Shown: piece by piece, positions 37,398 through 47,875 of the stretch
Layout: every line of letters starts with the position of its first letter
Position numbering within the stretch: the stretch's first letter is position 1
From: an uncultured Anaerolineae bacterium
GTDB taxonomy: Bacteria > Chloroflexota > Anaerolineae > JAADDB01
Direction of reading: 5' to 3'
DNA: 64,000 nucleotides
NCBI GenBank assembly: GCA_964402285.1
Contig: CAYOAZ010000043.1
Coordinates: 40,524-104,523, forward strand
Position numbers and translations under genes: made by a program
The notes under the pieces: generated by a model
Told to the model about the DNA's origin: nothing
What the model saw: the letters and a program-made list of their open reading frames with translations, nothing else
Database searches by the model: none

Positions 37398-38981
37398 TTA
37401 CACCACCCACCTTATTTCAGTAATGATAAGTAATCCTAATACTAACCAGCCTAACCAACCAGGGCCCTCTAATAAGTATAAAATGCCGCCTAAGCCTGTG
37501 TATGTCCAACGGAGTAGGTTATTCAGCACTTTTTCCTCAGGGGTTAAATAGATGAGATGTTGTAGAGTATGGTACCACTCCTGGATATTGATAAGAATGC
37601 GTTTGTGTTGCCACGCGAGGAAGCCTCCGAGTGTTAGGGGGAGTAGTGTTGTGTATATGTAGGATGTCGTGGGGGATAGCAAATTGGCTACGCGCACTCC
37701 CCTCCCCCACTCCATTACCCCCCAAACTACCAATAATCCCACAATCACGCCCACAAATAAACCCTCATACCCCCATCGCCCGCTAATCTGTTCTTCATCT
37801 CCTTCCTCCACACTCAACAGTAAAGTGGCCAGAACCAGAGCATCCCCCCAAACGAGCACAAAGCCAATCCACGAATGCCATTCCCAAAGTTGGTAAAGAA
37901 CAAAACGAACTCCCCCCCCTAAAGTCCAGGGCAACCCCCAAAGTATGAGTATCGCCAAAATTCGACTTCCCTTGGCAAGGGGCGATGATGGCAACTTGGC
38001 GAGGAGTTGAAGGATGAAGGGTATAAGAATAATGGCGGTGGATAGCAACCACGCTACGCGAACCACACTCTCCCCAAACATCCCCACCAACAGAACCAAC
38101 ACACTAGCCCGTTGAATCATTACCCACCGCAAGCGATCGTCCCGATCCCCTGCCAACCAAGCAGCCAATGCACTACCAAAAAAAGCAAAACTCCCTATCC
38201 CCCACCATGCGGGATTAGACCAAAACTCACCAGCACCAGGCAACGAAAGCCAACGAAGCAACCAACTGGTACCAGCAACGATCTCAATCCCCAGCCAGGC
38301 TACGGGAAACTCAGGCACATCCAACACATGCAAACGGCTTAAAGGATATATGCCTAAACGCCACCACACACTTAATGCCAACAAGCCCAAAAGTCCCCGA
38401 GAATACACCATCTCCGACCAGGAGGAAACGACCATTTCGCGGGGAGAGATAATCATAACCATCCACAAAATTAATAGACCACCTAAAATAAGAACCACCA
38501 AACGGGAAGCCATACGTTGCACATCCAGCAAAAGAACCATATAAGCAGCATCCATAATTAACCACCCTAGAAACAAAGCCGGTAGATTATCGGCCAAGAC
38601 CATGAGCAACGCACCGGCCAAAAGAACAAGCCCAACGCCAGGCCCCGAAACGTAACCAGAAGGCAACGTAGAACGCATACCCAGAAGACCACCAAGAAGG
38701 CCAAGCGAGACAATCAAAGCAGCAAAGGACCAAGCAAGGGATGAAACACGCAAGGTAATGAAGAAAGGAACACCGAGAGGACCATAAACGGATAACATGT
38801 GCTCGATAGGAACGGGTGAAAGGCGCCAAGCAAATACCCACACACATGCCAGGGCAAATATGAAAACAACACCACCTCGTACGATCTGCGGAGTGCGCCG
38901 CACGTTCAACGGCCATAGAACAACAGCCCCTAACAACAGTAACATAATAGGGCCCCATGGCGTGAATAGAACAGTTATCAC
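37398..38981 (-). CDS. Polytopic membrane protein of unknown function (about 14 TM), first gene of the trio
   Basis: 527 aa. 'LADNLPALFLGWLIMDAAYMVLL' weakly resembles the antiporter-like F..WE..SY.LI block, but the Glu is missing. It ends 9 nt before the next gene. Confidence 0.45.
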   Translation of the reverse strand: MITVLFTPWGPIMLLLLGAVVLWPLNVRRTPQIVRGGVVFIFALACVWVFAWRLSPVPIEHMLSVYGPLGVPFFITLRVSSLAWSFAALIVSLGLLGGLLGMRSTLPSGYVSGPGVGLVLLAGALLMVLADNLPALFLGWLIMDAAYMVLLLDVQRMASRLVVLILGGLLILWMVMIISPREMVVSSWSEMVYSRGLLGLLALSVWWRLGIYPLSRLHVLDVPEFPVAWLGIEIVAGTSWLLRWLSLPGAGEFWSNPAWWGIGSFAFFGSALAAWLAGDRDDRLRWVMIQRASVLVLLVGMFGESVVRVAWLLSTAIILIPFILQLLAKLPSSPLAKGSRILAILILWGLPWTLGGGVRFVLYQLWEWHSWIGFVLVWGDALVLATLLLSVEEGDEEQISGRWGYEGLFVGVIVGLLVVWGVMEWGRGVRVANLLSPTTSYIYTTLLPLTLGGFLAWQHKRILINIQEWYHTLQHLIYLTPEEKVLNNLLRWTYTGLGGILYLLEGPGWLGWLVLGLLIITEIRWVV

Positions 38982-39144
38982 CCCGCATCCTCCCCCGTTA
39001 TGGAATCACACACCAACCTTTCCAGCATGCGCATTCTATCATATCTCCTGGGAAGGGATATAATGATGGGACGGTAAGAAACCTTGCCACCCAAAAGGGG
39101 CGGCATTTGTACATTGGCCAAAGATTTAGAGGCAGCAGGAAGAG

Positions 39145-40329
39145 GTGATGCGAAAAGAGGTTGAAGCATTATTCGAGAGCCACCGTTTAAATCAAGCACG
39201 CGCCTATTCCCGCCAACAACGACTCTGGATTATTGCGAATTGGCTTTTCTCTCCACTGTACTTTGCTCTTTGGCTTCATCCCCTTGCTCGCCAGTGGCTT
39301 CAAGAACACATCATCGCCACTCTGCACCCGTGGGGTATGCAAGTTGCCGCCACCTTCCTTGTATTGGGGGCTGGCTATTGGCTCCTCCAGACACTTCTCG
39401 CGATTCCACGAGAATATCTAGCACGCCGTTACGAACTCAGCACCCAAAACTGGGAACAGTGGATTACAGAACGGCTTAAAGCCGGATTAATCACGGGAGG
39501 CTTGGGGATGTGGGCTGTTCTGCTCGCATACGGGTTACTACGGATAACCCCTTCATTATGGTGGTTCTGGATGGCAGTAATCGGCACCTTGGTCATGTTG
39601 GGATTGCAAATTATCACCCCTATTCTCATTGCCCCCTTGTTTTTTCACTTCGAGCCCCTTGATGACAAAGACATTCGCGAGCGAATTATGAAGTTAACCC
39701 AACAGGCTGGGATAAAAGTAGTGGATGTATTCCGATTCGATATGTCCAAACGTACTGAGGGAGCCAATGCCGCCGTATTGGGAATAGGGCCTACCCAACG
39801 CATTGTCGTCGCCGACACCTTGCTCGACACGTTTCCGCCAGAGGAAGCAGAAACAATCCTCGCCCACGAACTGGGACACTACGTTCATAAAGACCTCTTG
39901 CTGGGTTTCGGCTTGCAAGCGATCACCCTCTTTGTCGCGTTCTACCTGGTGCATTTAGCCATTTCCTGGACAAACCCAGAGGGATTCTCGCCATTGATTG
40001 TGCAAATGTTACCCCTAGGATTCCTCGTACTCACGCTCTATAGCATGGTGGTTGCTCCATTGACCAACATTTGGCTACGCGCACGAGAAATCATGGCCGA
40101 TCTCTTTGCCGTACTTCTCACTCAAAAGCCGCGTGTATACGCTCGCGCGCTTGCGCGTCTAAGCGACCAGAACCTCATTGACCCTTCACCACCGGCCTGG
40201 TACACTTGGATATTTGCCACGCACCCCCCTATGGAGGAACGCATTGCATTGGTATTAGATTTGGCTGAGGACGACAGGAGTACATCTACGAAATCCCCAA
40301 AAGACACTGGGGTGAACGAAGGAGGCTGA
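39145..40329 (+). CDS. M48-family (Ste24/HtpX-like) membrane zinc metallopeptidase
   Basis: N-terminal TM helices, then 'ILAHELGHYVHKD' (HExxH) and the downstream Glu-containing helix. Confidence 0.75.
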   Translation: MMRKEVEALFESHRLNQARAYSRQQRLWIIANWLFSPLYFALWLHPLARQWLQEHIIATLHPWGMQVAATFLVLGAGYWLLQTLLAIPREYLARRYELSTQNWEQWITERLKAGLITGGLGMWAVLLAYGLLRITPSLWWFWMAVIGTLVMLGLQIITPILIAPLFFHFEPLDDKDIRERIMKLTQQAGIKVVDVFRFDMSKRTEGANAAVLGIGPTQRIVVADTLLDTFPPEEAETILAHELGHYVHKDLLLGFGLQAITLFVAFYLVHLAISWTNPEGFSPLIVQMLPLGFLVLTLYSMVVAPLTNIWLRAREIMADLFAVLLTQKPRVYARALARLSDQNLIDPSPPAWYTWIFATHPPMEERIALVLDLAEDDRSTSTKSPKDTGVNEGG

Positions 40330-40330
40330 A

Positions 40331-41257
40331 ATGACCACATTGCCCGAACGGTTAGTTGAATGTGTGCCCAACTTCAGTGAAGGTCGGCGACAGGAAGTAA
40401 TTGATGCTATTGTCGCTGCGATTAAAAGTGTACCTCAAGTGTGGATTCTCGACGTCGAGAGCGACGCAGATCACAACCGTTCTGTGGTCACATGTGTGGG
40501 TACGCCAGAATCTGCCCTGGAAGCCATGTTTCGCGCCATCGCCAAAGCCGCAGAATTAATCGATTTGAACAAGCACCAAGGAGAACACCCTCGTATCGGA
40601 GCCACAGACGTAGTTCCCTTTGTTCCCTTGCGTGGGGTCACTATGGAAGAGTGTGTAAATTTGGCCAGGGAATTGGGTGCACGCGTGGGAGAGGAGTTGC
40701 ACATTCCTGTCTATCTTTACGAAGCCGCAGCAACCCGGCCAGAGCGTGAAAACCTGGCCAATATCCGAAAAGGGGAATACGAGGGCTTAAAAGAGGCCAT
40801 TAAAACAGACCCGTCCCGAATTCCGGACTTTGGCCCTCGCGAGTTAGGTCCGGCAGGCGCCACCGTTATTGGGGCCCGAGAGTTCCTAATCGCCTTTAAT
40901 GTATACCTCAACACAGACAACGTCCAAATTGCCAAGCGTATTGCCCGTGCAGTACGTCATTCGAGTGGTGGCTTAAGGTACGTGAAGGCGTTAGGAATGC
41001 TGGTTGGCGGGCAGGCACAGGTTTCCATGAACTTGACCAACTTCAAGAAAACGCCTATTTTCCGCGTTGTGGAACTCATCCGACGTGAGGCTGCCCGGTA
41101 CGGTTGCACTATTACTCACACAGAGTTGGTGGGGCTCACCCCGCTAAAAGCGATGCTCGATGTTGCCAAATGGTATCTCCAACTGGATAAGTTCGACGAG
41201 AGCCAGGTACTGGAACGGCGCCTGGAACAGGTCATCGCTCAAGAGGAAACCGGTTAA
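40331..41257 (+). CDS. Glutamate formimidoyltransferase (FtcD formiminotransferase-domain protein)
   Basis: 'LVECVPNFSEGRR', 'VESDADHNRSV' and 'HPRIGATDVVPFVP' are collinear with the formiminotransferase domain. There is no cyclodeaminase domain. Confidence 0.75.
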   Translation: MTTLPERLVECVPNFSEGRRQEVIDAIVAAIKSVPQVWILDVESDADHNRSVVTCVGTPESALEAMFRAIAKAAELIDLNKHQGEHPRIGATDVVPFVPLRGVTMEECVNLARELGARVGEELHIPVYLYEAAATRPERENLANIRKGEYEGLKEAIKTDPSRIPDFGPRELGPAGATVIGAREFLIAFNVYLNTDNVQIAKRIARAVRHSSGGLRYVKALGMLVGGQAQVSMNLTNFKKTPIFRVVELIRREAARYGCTITHTELVGLTPLKAMLDVAKWYLQLDKFDESQVLERRLEQVIAQEETG

Positions 41258-41263
41258 GTACCC

Positions 41264-41743
41264 ATGCCTTATCTCATTGACGGGCACAATCTCATCGGCA
41301 CAGGATTACTTCAAGGGATCACGCTGGCCGATGAGGACGACGAAATTAAACTAGTCCAACTCTTGAAACAATATCAACCGCGAGCCCGGACCCGCATCAC
41401 GGTTGTTTTCGACCGTGGGTTGCCGGGTGGCCGGGCTCGCGCGCTCTCCGGAGGTGGCGTGGAGGTCATCTTTGCAGGCAGCGGACAGACGGCCGACGAC
41501 ATTATTAAAGCCCGCATTCGCCGAAGCCGTAATCCCGCTTCCTTGCGTGTAGTTTCCTCTGATAGGAGCATCCAACAGATAGCAAGAGCGCGGGGATGCA
41601 AAGTAATTGCGTCGAATATCTTCGCCCACGAACTCCTTCACACACCCTCCTATCCCTCAGAACAGGAGGATGTGCATTTGACAGAAGAGGAAATTGAAGA
41701 ATGGCTTGCCCTTTTCAAACAACGGAAAAAGCCGCGCAAATAA
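41264..41743 (+). CDS. NYN/YacP-like PIN-fold RNA-binding/nuclease-domain protein
   Basis: 'MPYLIDGHNLIG' and 'ITVVFDRG...GGVEVIFAGSGQTADDII' are typical of YacP/Rae1-like NYN domains. Confidence 0.55.
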   Translation: MPYLIDGHNLIGTGLLQGITLADEDDEIKLVQLLKQYQPRARTRITVVFDRGLPGGRARALSGGGVEVIFAGSGQTADDIIKARIRRSRNPASLRVVSSDRSIQQIARARGCKVIASNIFAHELLHTPSYPSEQEDVHLTEEEIEEWLALFKQRKKPRK

Positions 41744-41750
41744 CCTCCTT

Positions 41751-43058
41751 CTAAGGACTGTGTGCCCGCATCCAGCGTTTTGTGGCTTCTCGCAAAAGCG
41801 TTTCCGCATCCCACCCCTTCTGTTTAGCCCACGCAGTCAGCCAAAACAACAACCGACCGAACTCATCAGGGGTCAGCCGCTCGACGCCTACAGGATCCAC
41901 CCCCAGGGGAGGATCTTCCTCTTGCCAATGTCCTCGGGAGGCTACCGCTGCCGCTAGCATAAGGGCTGGCAACGCCTTAGGAATACTGGCAAAGGGATCT
42001 TCACCATTGCCACGGGCAGCTTTTTCTGCCTTCTTAATGGCTTCCCAATTTCGTACTACTTCCTCAGCACTCTCTACATGAACATCCCCGAAGACGTGGG
42101 GATGACGTCGAATCAACTTATCAATGTGCTGACCTATGACATCTCCGAGCAAAAACTCCCCGCCTTCAGTAGCAATAGCCACATGCAAAGCGATTTGCAA
42201 CAACAAGTCTCCCAACTCTTCTTGAAGAGCCACCATGTCATCCCTATCCAACGCGTCCAGAACCTCATACGTCTCTGCCAACAAGTGACGGCGCAGGGAT
42301 TGGTGCGTCTGTTTCCGGTCCCACGGACATCCTTCTGGGGACCGAAGGTGATTGACAATGTTTTGCAAAGATTCATACGCAGAAGGATGATTCCACGGTG
42401 GAACAACCAAACTGGTCATGTGATCAAAGCCGGATTGGCGATCGAGTTCGTGGAGAGGGAACGTACGCACACGCACGTGTTCTGTACCCGCATGGTACAC
42501 CAGGGTCACGGGATGTTCGGGGGGATACGCAGCCAACAGTGTTAACTTCACATCCGAGGCTAAGTCCTGGCTGTACAACTGACCCAACACCAAAGGACGG
42601 TCTGTATTCACCGTGGGAAAGTACTCCTGGGCAACTAACATCGCATCGTATACACTCAGTCCATCGAGGGGATCCAAACCGACAGCATTACATACCACAT
42701 CAACAAAACTAATTCCTTCCACAATGTTTACCGGAATATTCGCCTCGCGCGCCAGATGTTCAATGCGCTGTGTAGTCGCCTCTCCCACGCGCGGGTGCCC
42801 GGGTACAGCGTAAATTACATCATGCCCTTCCCGGGCCAAATCTAAAATTTCCCGCACAATGGTCTCATATACCTCCGCAAAGGTGGAGGCTTGAGCGTAA
42901 ACGTGGTCAAAAGTTCGAACCTTCGAAGCGAACAAAGAGAGTACTGGATGTTCACCTGTACGCGCGTACACCACATCAGCTTGAGATAACACATCCCAAG
43001 CCTCACGAGTTAACAGATCCACGCGGCCTGGCCCCAGCCCTACAATAATGATGGTCAT
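41751..43058 (-). CDS. YabN-like fusion: tetrapyrrole-methylase-like domain plus MazG nucleoside-triphosphate pyrophosphohydrolase domain
   Basis: N-terminal 'IIIVGLGPG..DLLT' methylase-like fold, C-terminal MazG EExxE-type helices ('LLAETYEVLDAL', 'QEELGDLLLQI'). Confidence 0.7.
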   Translation of the reverse strand: MTIIIVGLGPGRVDLLTREAWDVLSQADVVYARTGEHPVLSLFASKVRTFDHVYAQASTFAEVYETIVREILDLAREGHDVIYAVPGHPRVGEATTQRIEHLAREANIPVNIVEGISFVDVVCNAVGLDPLDGLSVYDAMLVAQEYFPTVNTDRPLVLGQLYSQDLASDVKLTLLAAYPPEHPVTLVYHAGTEHVRVRTFPLHELDRQSGFDHMTSLVVPPWNHPSAYESLQNIVNHLRSPEGCPWDRKQTHQSLRRHLLAETYEVLDALDRDDMVALQEELGDLLLQIALHVAIATEGGEFLLGDVIGQHIDKLIRRHPHVFGDVHVESAEEVVRNWEAIKKAEKAARGNGEDPFASIPKALPALMLAAAVASRGHWQEEDPPLGVDPVGVERLTPDEFGRLLFWLTAWAKQKGWDAETLLREATKRWMRAHSP

Positions 43059-43085
43059 AGCAGTGCCTCCATATTTCTCCCTGTA

Positions 43086-43799
43086 TTACCAGGGCAGTTC
43101 TTTTCCGTCCCAAGTCAGATATCTGCCTGTGTCTGCCAATGTCGTTGTGTCCAAAACGCGAATGATACCCTGAGCAGACTCATCAGGACTCAGCGGGGCA
43201 GCCATTCCCCCCATACGGGTTCGCACCCACCCGGGATGCATAATAATAACTGTAATTCCCCACCCACGAACCTCATAGGACAAAATTTTGCTCAGCATGT
43301 TTAGCGCGGCCTTGCTCGCGCGGTAACTGTAATACCCCCCGCCCTCCGTTAATGAGATGGAGCCCATGATGGAGGTCATCTGGCATATTTTCGGCTGTTG
43401 CCCTCGGCGTAACAAAGGGAGAAAGTGTTTGACCATCAACATAGGACCAATGGAGTTCACACGGAATGCGTGAACAAGGTGCTCACCCGACAAGTTTGTG
43501 ATGTGCTCGCCCTCGTACATAATGCCCGCATTGTTGATGAGCCAATCCAACCCATCCACATGCTTAGACACCTCCTGAGCGGCCTGGCGAATGCTTGCTT
43601 CATCCTCCACGTCCAGCGGCAAAATCGTTAGTGTGCGTGGATACCGCTGTGCAAGAGTGTGCAACTCATGGGCCGTCTCAGGAGTTCGCGCGGTCGCGAA
43701 CACCCTATCGCCCCGTTGCAACAGATATCGTGTCAGGGCGAGCCCAATACCTCGATTACTTCCAGTAACTAGAACACGACGTACGCTCATTGCCCCCAC
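43086..43799 (-). CDS. SDR family oxidoreductase
   Basis: 'VLVTGSNRGIGLA' and 'YSYRASKAAL' (YxxxK). Confidence 0.75.
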   Translation of the reverse strand: MGAMSVRRVLVTGSNRGIGLALTRYLLQRGDRVFATARTPETAHELHTLAQRYPRTLTILPLDVEDEASIRQAAQEVSKHVDGLDWLINNAGIMYEGEHITNLSGEHLVHAFRVNSIGPMLMVKHFLPLLRRGQQPKICQMTSIMGSISLTEGGGYYSYRASKAALNMLSKILSYEVRGWGITVIIMHPGWVRTRMGGMAAPLSPDESAQGIIRVLDTTTLADTGRYLTWDGKELPW

Positions 43800-43947
43800 T
43801 CCCTAATGCGAATTTGACAGGACACGGCTTTTATATTACCCCCTACTTTCAGGGGTGCCAAACACCACAAATCAATGAGCGTAATGCATCTGCTGGTTGA
43901 TAGATGAAACATCAGGGCGAAAACAGCAGCACGCGAGGAGGCGTGAC

Positions 43948-44751
43948 ATGAACCTAACACAAAACAGCATTCACCAGTTGATCTCATTGGAAGGAAAACG
44001 GGCTTTAATCACAGGGGCCGGAGCAGGTATAGGGAAGGCCATTGCTTATCGATTTGCAGAGGCCGGTGCCCAATTACATGTAGTGGATATAGACGAAAGC
44101 GCCCTACATAAATTACAGGAAGATATTCACAGCCACTACCACATATCAGTAACGCCTCATGTTGTCGATCTTTCTAACAAATCCGCTATTGACGCCCTGT
44201 GGGAGGAACTTCAGGTACAAGCCCCGGAAATTCTTGTAAACAATGCAGGGATTTACCCGTTCAAGGGCTTCCTTAAAGTGGATCCCTCCTTCTACCACAA
44301 GGTAATGGAAGTGAACTTGAGTGCGGTTTACTGGATGTGCCAGCACATGATTCGTGCGCGGAAACACAAAGGGGGCACCATCATTAATGTGGCTTCAATA
44401 GAGGCGGTCATTCCCTTCAAAGAGGATTTGGTCCACTACAGCGTAAGCAAAGCCGGAGTGATGGCTCTAACCAGAGCCTTGGCCAAAGAATATGGCAAAG
44501 AGGGATTCCGGATAAACGTGGTAGTGCCCGGGGGTATCATCACCCGTGGGACAAAAACTGCAGCCAAGGGCGTACTACGCTTCCAATGGGGATTAATCCG
44601 CGCCGGAGTAGCTTTTAAACAGCGCCTTCCCCTGGGCCGATTAGGTCAACCTGACGAAGTGGCCCGAATGGTGCTCGTTCTGGCCAGTGATTTGGCCAGT
44701 TATGTCCACGGCGCAGCGATTCCGGTAGATGGCGGCTTCTTAGTCGCTTAA
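43948..44751 (+). CDS. SDR family oxidoreductase
   Basis: 'ALITGAGAGIGKA', 'NNAG' and 'YSVSKAGV' (YxxxK). Start ATG at 43948 with GAGGAGG 7 nt upstream. The ORF-track start is 43897. Confidence 0.75.
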   Translation: MNLTQNSIHQLISLEGKRALITGAGAGIGKAIAYRFAEAGAQLHVVDIDESALHKLQEDIHSHYHISVTPHVVDLSNKSAIDALWEELQVQAPEILVNNAGIYPFKGFLKVDPSFYHKVMEVNLSAVYWMCQHMIRARKHKGGTIINVASIEAVIPFKEDLVHYSVSKAGVMALTRALAKEYGKEGFRINVVVPGGIITRGTKTAAKGVLRFQWGLIRAGVAFKQRLPLGRLGQPDEVARMVLVLASDLASYVHGAAIPVDGGFLVA

Positions 44752-47595
44752 TACCAGGGGCAAAGGGAGAACATCCTCAGGCAACCGCATCTCTCGGATA
44801 TCATAGGCCGGTAGCCGTTGCAGGGTCGCGGCATCATACCAACCTACGACCCACTGCATTTTGCCCACATCTGGCGCTGAAGGCAAGGCGATGGTCACCC
44901 GATCCAATAAGATTTCGCCCGCGACCCAAGAGAAGGCAGGGCACCCACCCTGACAGGGCACACTATCCACCTGGCCGCGTAATCGGCCAGAACCGTCCAG
45001 AACGTGTACAAAACGGATGAGGGGACGATCACTGGGCGATTGAACGCGCCAGATAAGAGTAAAAGCAAGGGTTTTCGAATCCACACGGACATCCCGCACT
45101 CCCAATAAAGTCACAGCCTCTCCAAACGTGCCTGTCACGGGAACATCAACTGCAGGAGGAACAAATGTGCGTTCTCGGCAGTTGACGTGCACTTGAGCAA
45201 GGGGAATGGACGACTTCTTAAGGGGGCGCAACAAGATTCTGTAATCACCAGCCCGAGTCGTTGGTGGCACGCGCAAATCCACAAACGTGTAAACACGGGT
45301 ATTAGGCCACTTCCCCCTCACAATCACTTGCGAGGAGGATTCTACCCCCTCAAGGTACACCCCCACCTTTGTAATGGCATCCGGACGTTCGACATCCCAA
45401 AACAGCCGGAAAACCACTGTCTCGCCACACATCAACGCAGAAGGAATTGGATCGTGCCCCACCAGGTGGAAATCACCCACTGCAATCGGGGAACCTAAAG
45501 GCTCAGGTACCTCCTCCTTCTCCGCTGGAGGTGAAGGAGGCCACTGTACGTGAACCGTATCCCACACTGCACTGCCGCGGGGTGAAGGGTGAACCGCGGG
45601 AATTGGGATGAACGATTGGGCGAAGTAGACGCGCGATTCCAAGTGCACTTCTCCTGCGGGTTGCGAGGCCGGGATGTGAAGAAGGTGATAGGACCGAACG
45701 ACCTGTCCTTGAGTCCACTGGGAAGGAGGAAATCGCTGGGCATCTAACAATAAACGTTCATCACTGGCCAACCGATGCCCCCGGCTATCAACGAGATCCA
45801 GGGTTACTTTAATATCGGGCATGGGATGTTCCACCCGCCAAGTGAGAATTGCCCACAAAGGCGCCCCCGCGCTCACGTTGTGAGTGCGGGTTTGTAGGGG
45901 ATATCCACCACCCCAACGCGCGTTGACCAGGGTAACGCCTTGATGAAAGGGAACATGAAGACGAACTTCACGACCAGGGGCACTAAAGTTAGGATGGGGT
46001 CCCAACCGATAGGTCAACACATCAAACGTGCGGAAATGCTTTCGCTCTACAAATACCCCCTCACGACCTAAGTACATGGATAAAATGCCTTTCGGATCGG
46101 CGTTTACGTGATATCCCCCTAACCATTGCACAAGTAATACAGTAGTGCCTCCCCGAGGACCCAAGTGCTCTGTCAGCCATGATTCAATGCGATCCTCAAA
46201 AACCCGGAATCGCAACAACGGCACATCAGGAAAGGCATACTCAAGCGTGTAATTGGGTAACCGTTCATCGTAAGTGATGTTCAAAGGAATCAGGCCTACG
46301 CTGTTCGGTGTATCGCGAACAAGATGGCCAATCGTCCACATATCTAATTGAAACCACTCGTATAAATCTGTATGCTGGGCCCAGGTTACAAAATATGCGT
46401 ACGTAGTACGTCCCCCCTCCACCAGAAGCAACAAGAACACCGCCACAGTTCCCACCCAACGTCGGGAATGGGGAAGACGCTGGTATAAGTGATAAATCAA
46501 CCACCCGATAAGCAAAAAGGCAGCCGGCAATGCTCCAAACAAACGTAAGAAGTGGGGATTGTCCGCGGCAGCCAACAGGGCTGGCAAGCACATCACAACC
46601 CACCAAGAGAGAAGCACGCGTGCGTTTCGACGATCTTCTCCCTTTCCCCTGAAAGCATAATAAAGGGCCAACAAAAAACCACCAACGAACAACGGTCCCA
46701 GAAGAGGAAACATTGGCGGACGTCCGGGAATGTTATGGCGCGGAATGCGATCGCCAGTCCATCCTGCAAAGCCACCTATAATATCCCAGGCACTTTGAAG
46801 AAGCATGGGAAACACCGCGGAAGGACGTCGAAAAATCTGCCACAGTGGGAAAGAGGAGACTCGAGAAACCGCGTCCTCCGGATGAAAGGCCAAATGAATA
46901 AACATTGGCCCCGCAACAAGAGATGCGGCCAAGAGGGCCAGCGGCATACTCGGGCGTAGCCGTCGACGTTCCTCAGGGGAAAGCGTAGTCACGTAAAGTA
47001 CAGGCCATAGCAGGAGAGTAGCCCGCGCAGACAGGTAAGTAAGCAATGTGAGGCCAGCCCATATTCCCCAAAGCAAAGCCCGCCGTGGGGAGGGATTACG
47101 GACCCAACGTTCCCAACTGACCAGGGCCCAGAGCAACACAAAGGGTAATGTGTTCACGCGAAAACCCAAGCGGTTGATACTTTGTGGCCAGTAATTAACA
47201 ACCCACAATCCTGCGGCAACTAACCCCACAAAAGTACCTGTCGACAGGGACGAGGGGAATAAGGAGCGTGCCACGGTATAAAGGCCCAAAACCGTCCACG
47301 TTCCTAACAAAGCAGCCACAGCCCGCACAGCCCATGGGGAACGGTCTCCAAGCGCAACCACCGGGACGGTTAGATAAATGTACAAGGGCTCCTTCCCCAT
47401 AGAACGCGGGAAGAATACACGAACGTGCCCATGAAGGACATCACGGGCGTCTAACCCCTGGCCGGCCTCATCGTAGTCCAGCCCCGGGGGAATACTATCC
47501 AGCGTCCACCCTCGCAGAGCAAAGGCGACGAACAGTAAAACAAGGATGAATACAACTTGTGTGCGTCTGGGAAGAAACGACTTTATTCTCAGCAT
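44740..47595 (-). CDS. Large GT-C/PMT-ArnT-like membrane glycosyltransferase with a ~500-aa extracytoplasmic C-terminal domain
   Basis: 951 aa. N-terminal 'LDYDEAGQGLDARDV...KEPLYIYL' (PMT/ArnT-type loop with an Asp/Glu motif), 11 or more TM helices, then a soluble C-terminal region of unknown fold. Confidence 0.6.
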   Translation of the reverse strand: MLRIKSFLPRRTQVVFILVLLFVAFALRGWTLDSIPPGLDYDEAGQGLDARDVLHGHVRVFFPRSMGKEPLYIYLTVPVVALGDRSPWAVRAVAALLGTWTVLGLYTVARSLFPSSLSTGTFVGLVAAGLWVVNYWPQSINRLGFRVNTLPFVLLWALVSWERWVRNPSPRRALLWGIWAGLTLLTYLSARATLLLWPVLYVTTLSPEERRRLRPSMPLALLAASLVAGPMFIHLAFHPEDAVSRVSSFPLWQIFRRPSAVFPMLLQSAWDIIGGFAGWTGDRIPRHNIPGRPPMFPLLGPLFVGGFLLALYYAFRGKGEDRRNARVLLSWWVVMCLPALLAAADNPHFLRLFGALPAAFLLIGWLIYHLYQRLPHSRRWVGTVAVFLLLLVEGGRTTYAYFVTWAQHTDLYEWFQLDMWTIGHLVRDTPNSVGLIPLNITYDERLPNYTLEYAFPDVPLLRFRVFEDRIESWLTEHLGPRGGTTVLLVQWLGGYHVNADPKGILSMYLGREGVFVERKHFRTFDVLTYRLGPHPNFSAPGREVRLHVPFHQGVTLVNARWGGGYPLQTRTHNVSAGAPLWAILTWRVEHPMPDIKVTLDLVDSRGHRLASDERLLLDAQRFPPSQWTQGQVVRSYHLLHIPASQPAGEVHLESRVYFAQSFIPIPAVHPSPRGSAVWDTVHVQWPPSPPAEKEEVPEPLGSPIAVGDFHLVGHDPIPSALMCGETVVFRLFWDVERPDAITKVGVYLEGVESSSQVIVRGKWPNTRVYTFVDLRVPPTTRAGDYRILLRPLKKSSIPLAQVHVNCRERTFVPPAVDVPVTGTFGEAVTLLGVRDVRVDSKTLAFTLIWRVQSPSDRPLIRFVHVLDGSGRLRGQVDSVPCQGGCPAFSWVAGEILLDRVTIALPSAPDVGKMQWVVGWYDAATLQRLPAYDIREMRLPEDVLPLPLVLSD

Positions 47596-47875
47596 AGCGC
47601 ATCACTGTGTTAAATACTCGGGTGAGGGAACGAGTAAGGGCCTACCCAAAAGGTAGGCCCTTATCACGTGTGCCGTGGCGCCTAACGGAGGTTCCGAGGT
47701 GACGCCACGGCACGGTTCATTCTGCTACGTTTACTGTCCATTGGCATCACCTCCCTCCTTATTGGGATAGCGAATCCAGTGGGCACCCAGCCTGGGAGGT
47801 GAACATCAACCTACAAAACGCTGGGCACCTTTCGAGTTATGTGACAGTCTCCAGTGTGCCATACATAACGTAATC

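Noticed and set aside
35398-38981. Calling the three membrane proteins NuoL/M/N or MrpA/D antiporter subunits
   Set aside because: They have only faint local resemblance. The WLPDA / F..WE..SY signatures and the conserved Lys/Glu are missing, and no other Nuo or Mrp subunits are adjacent.
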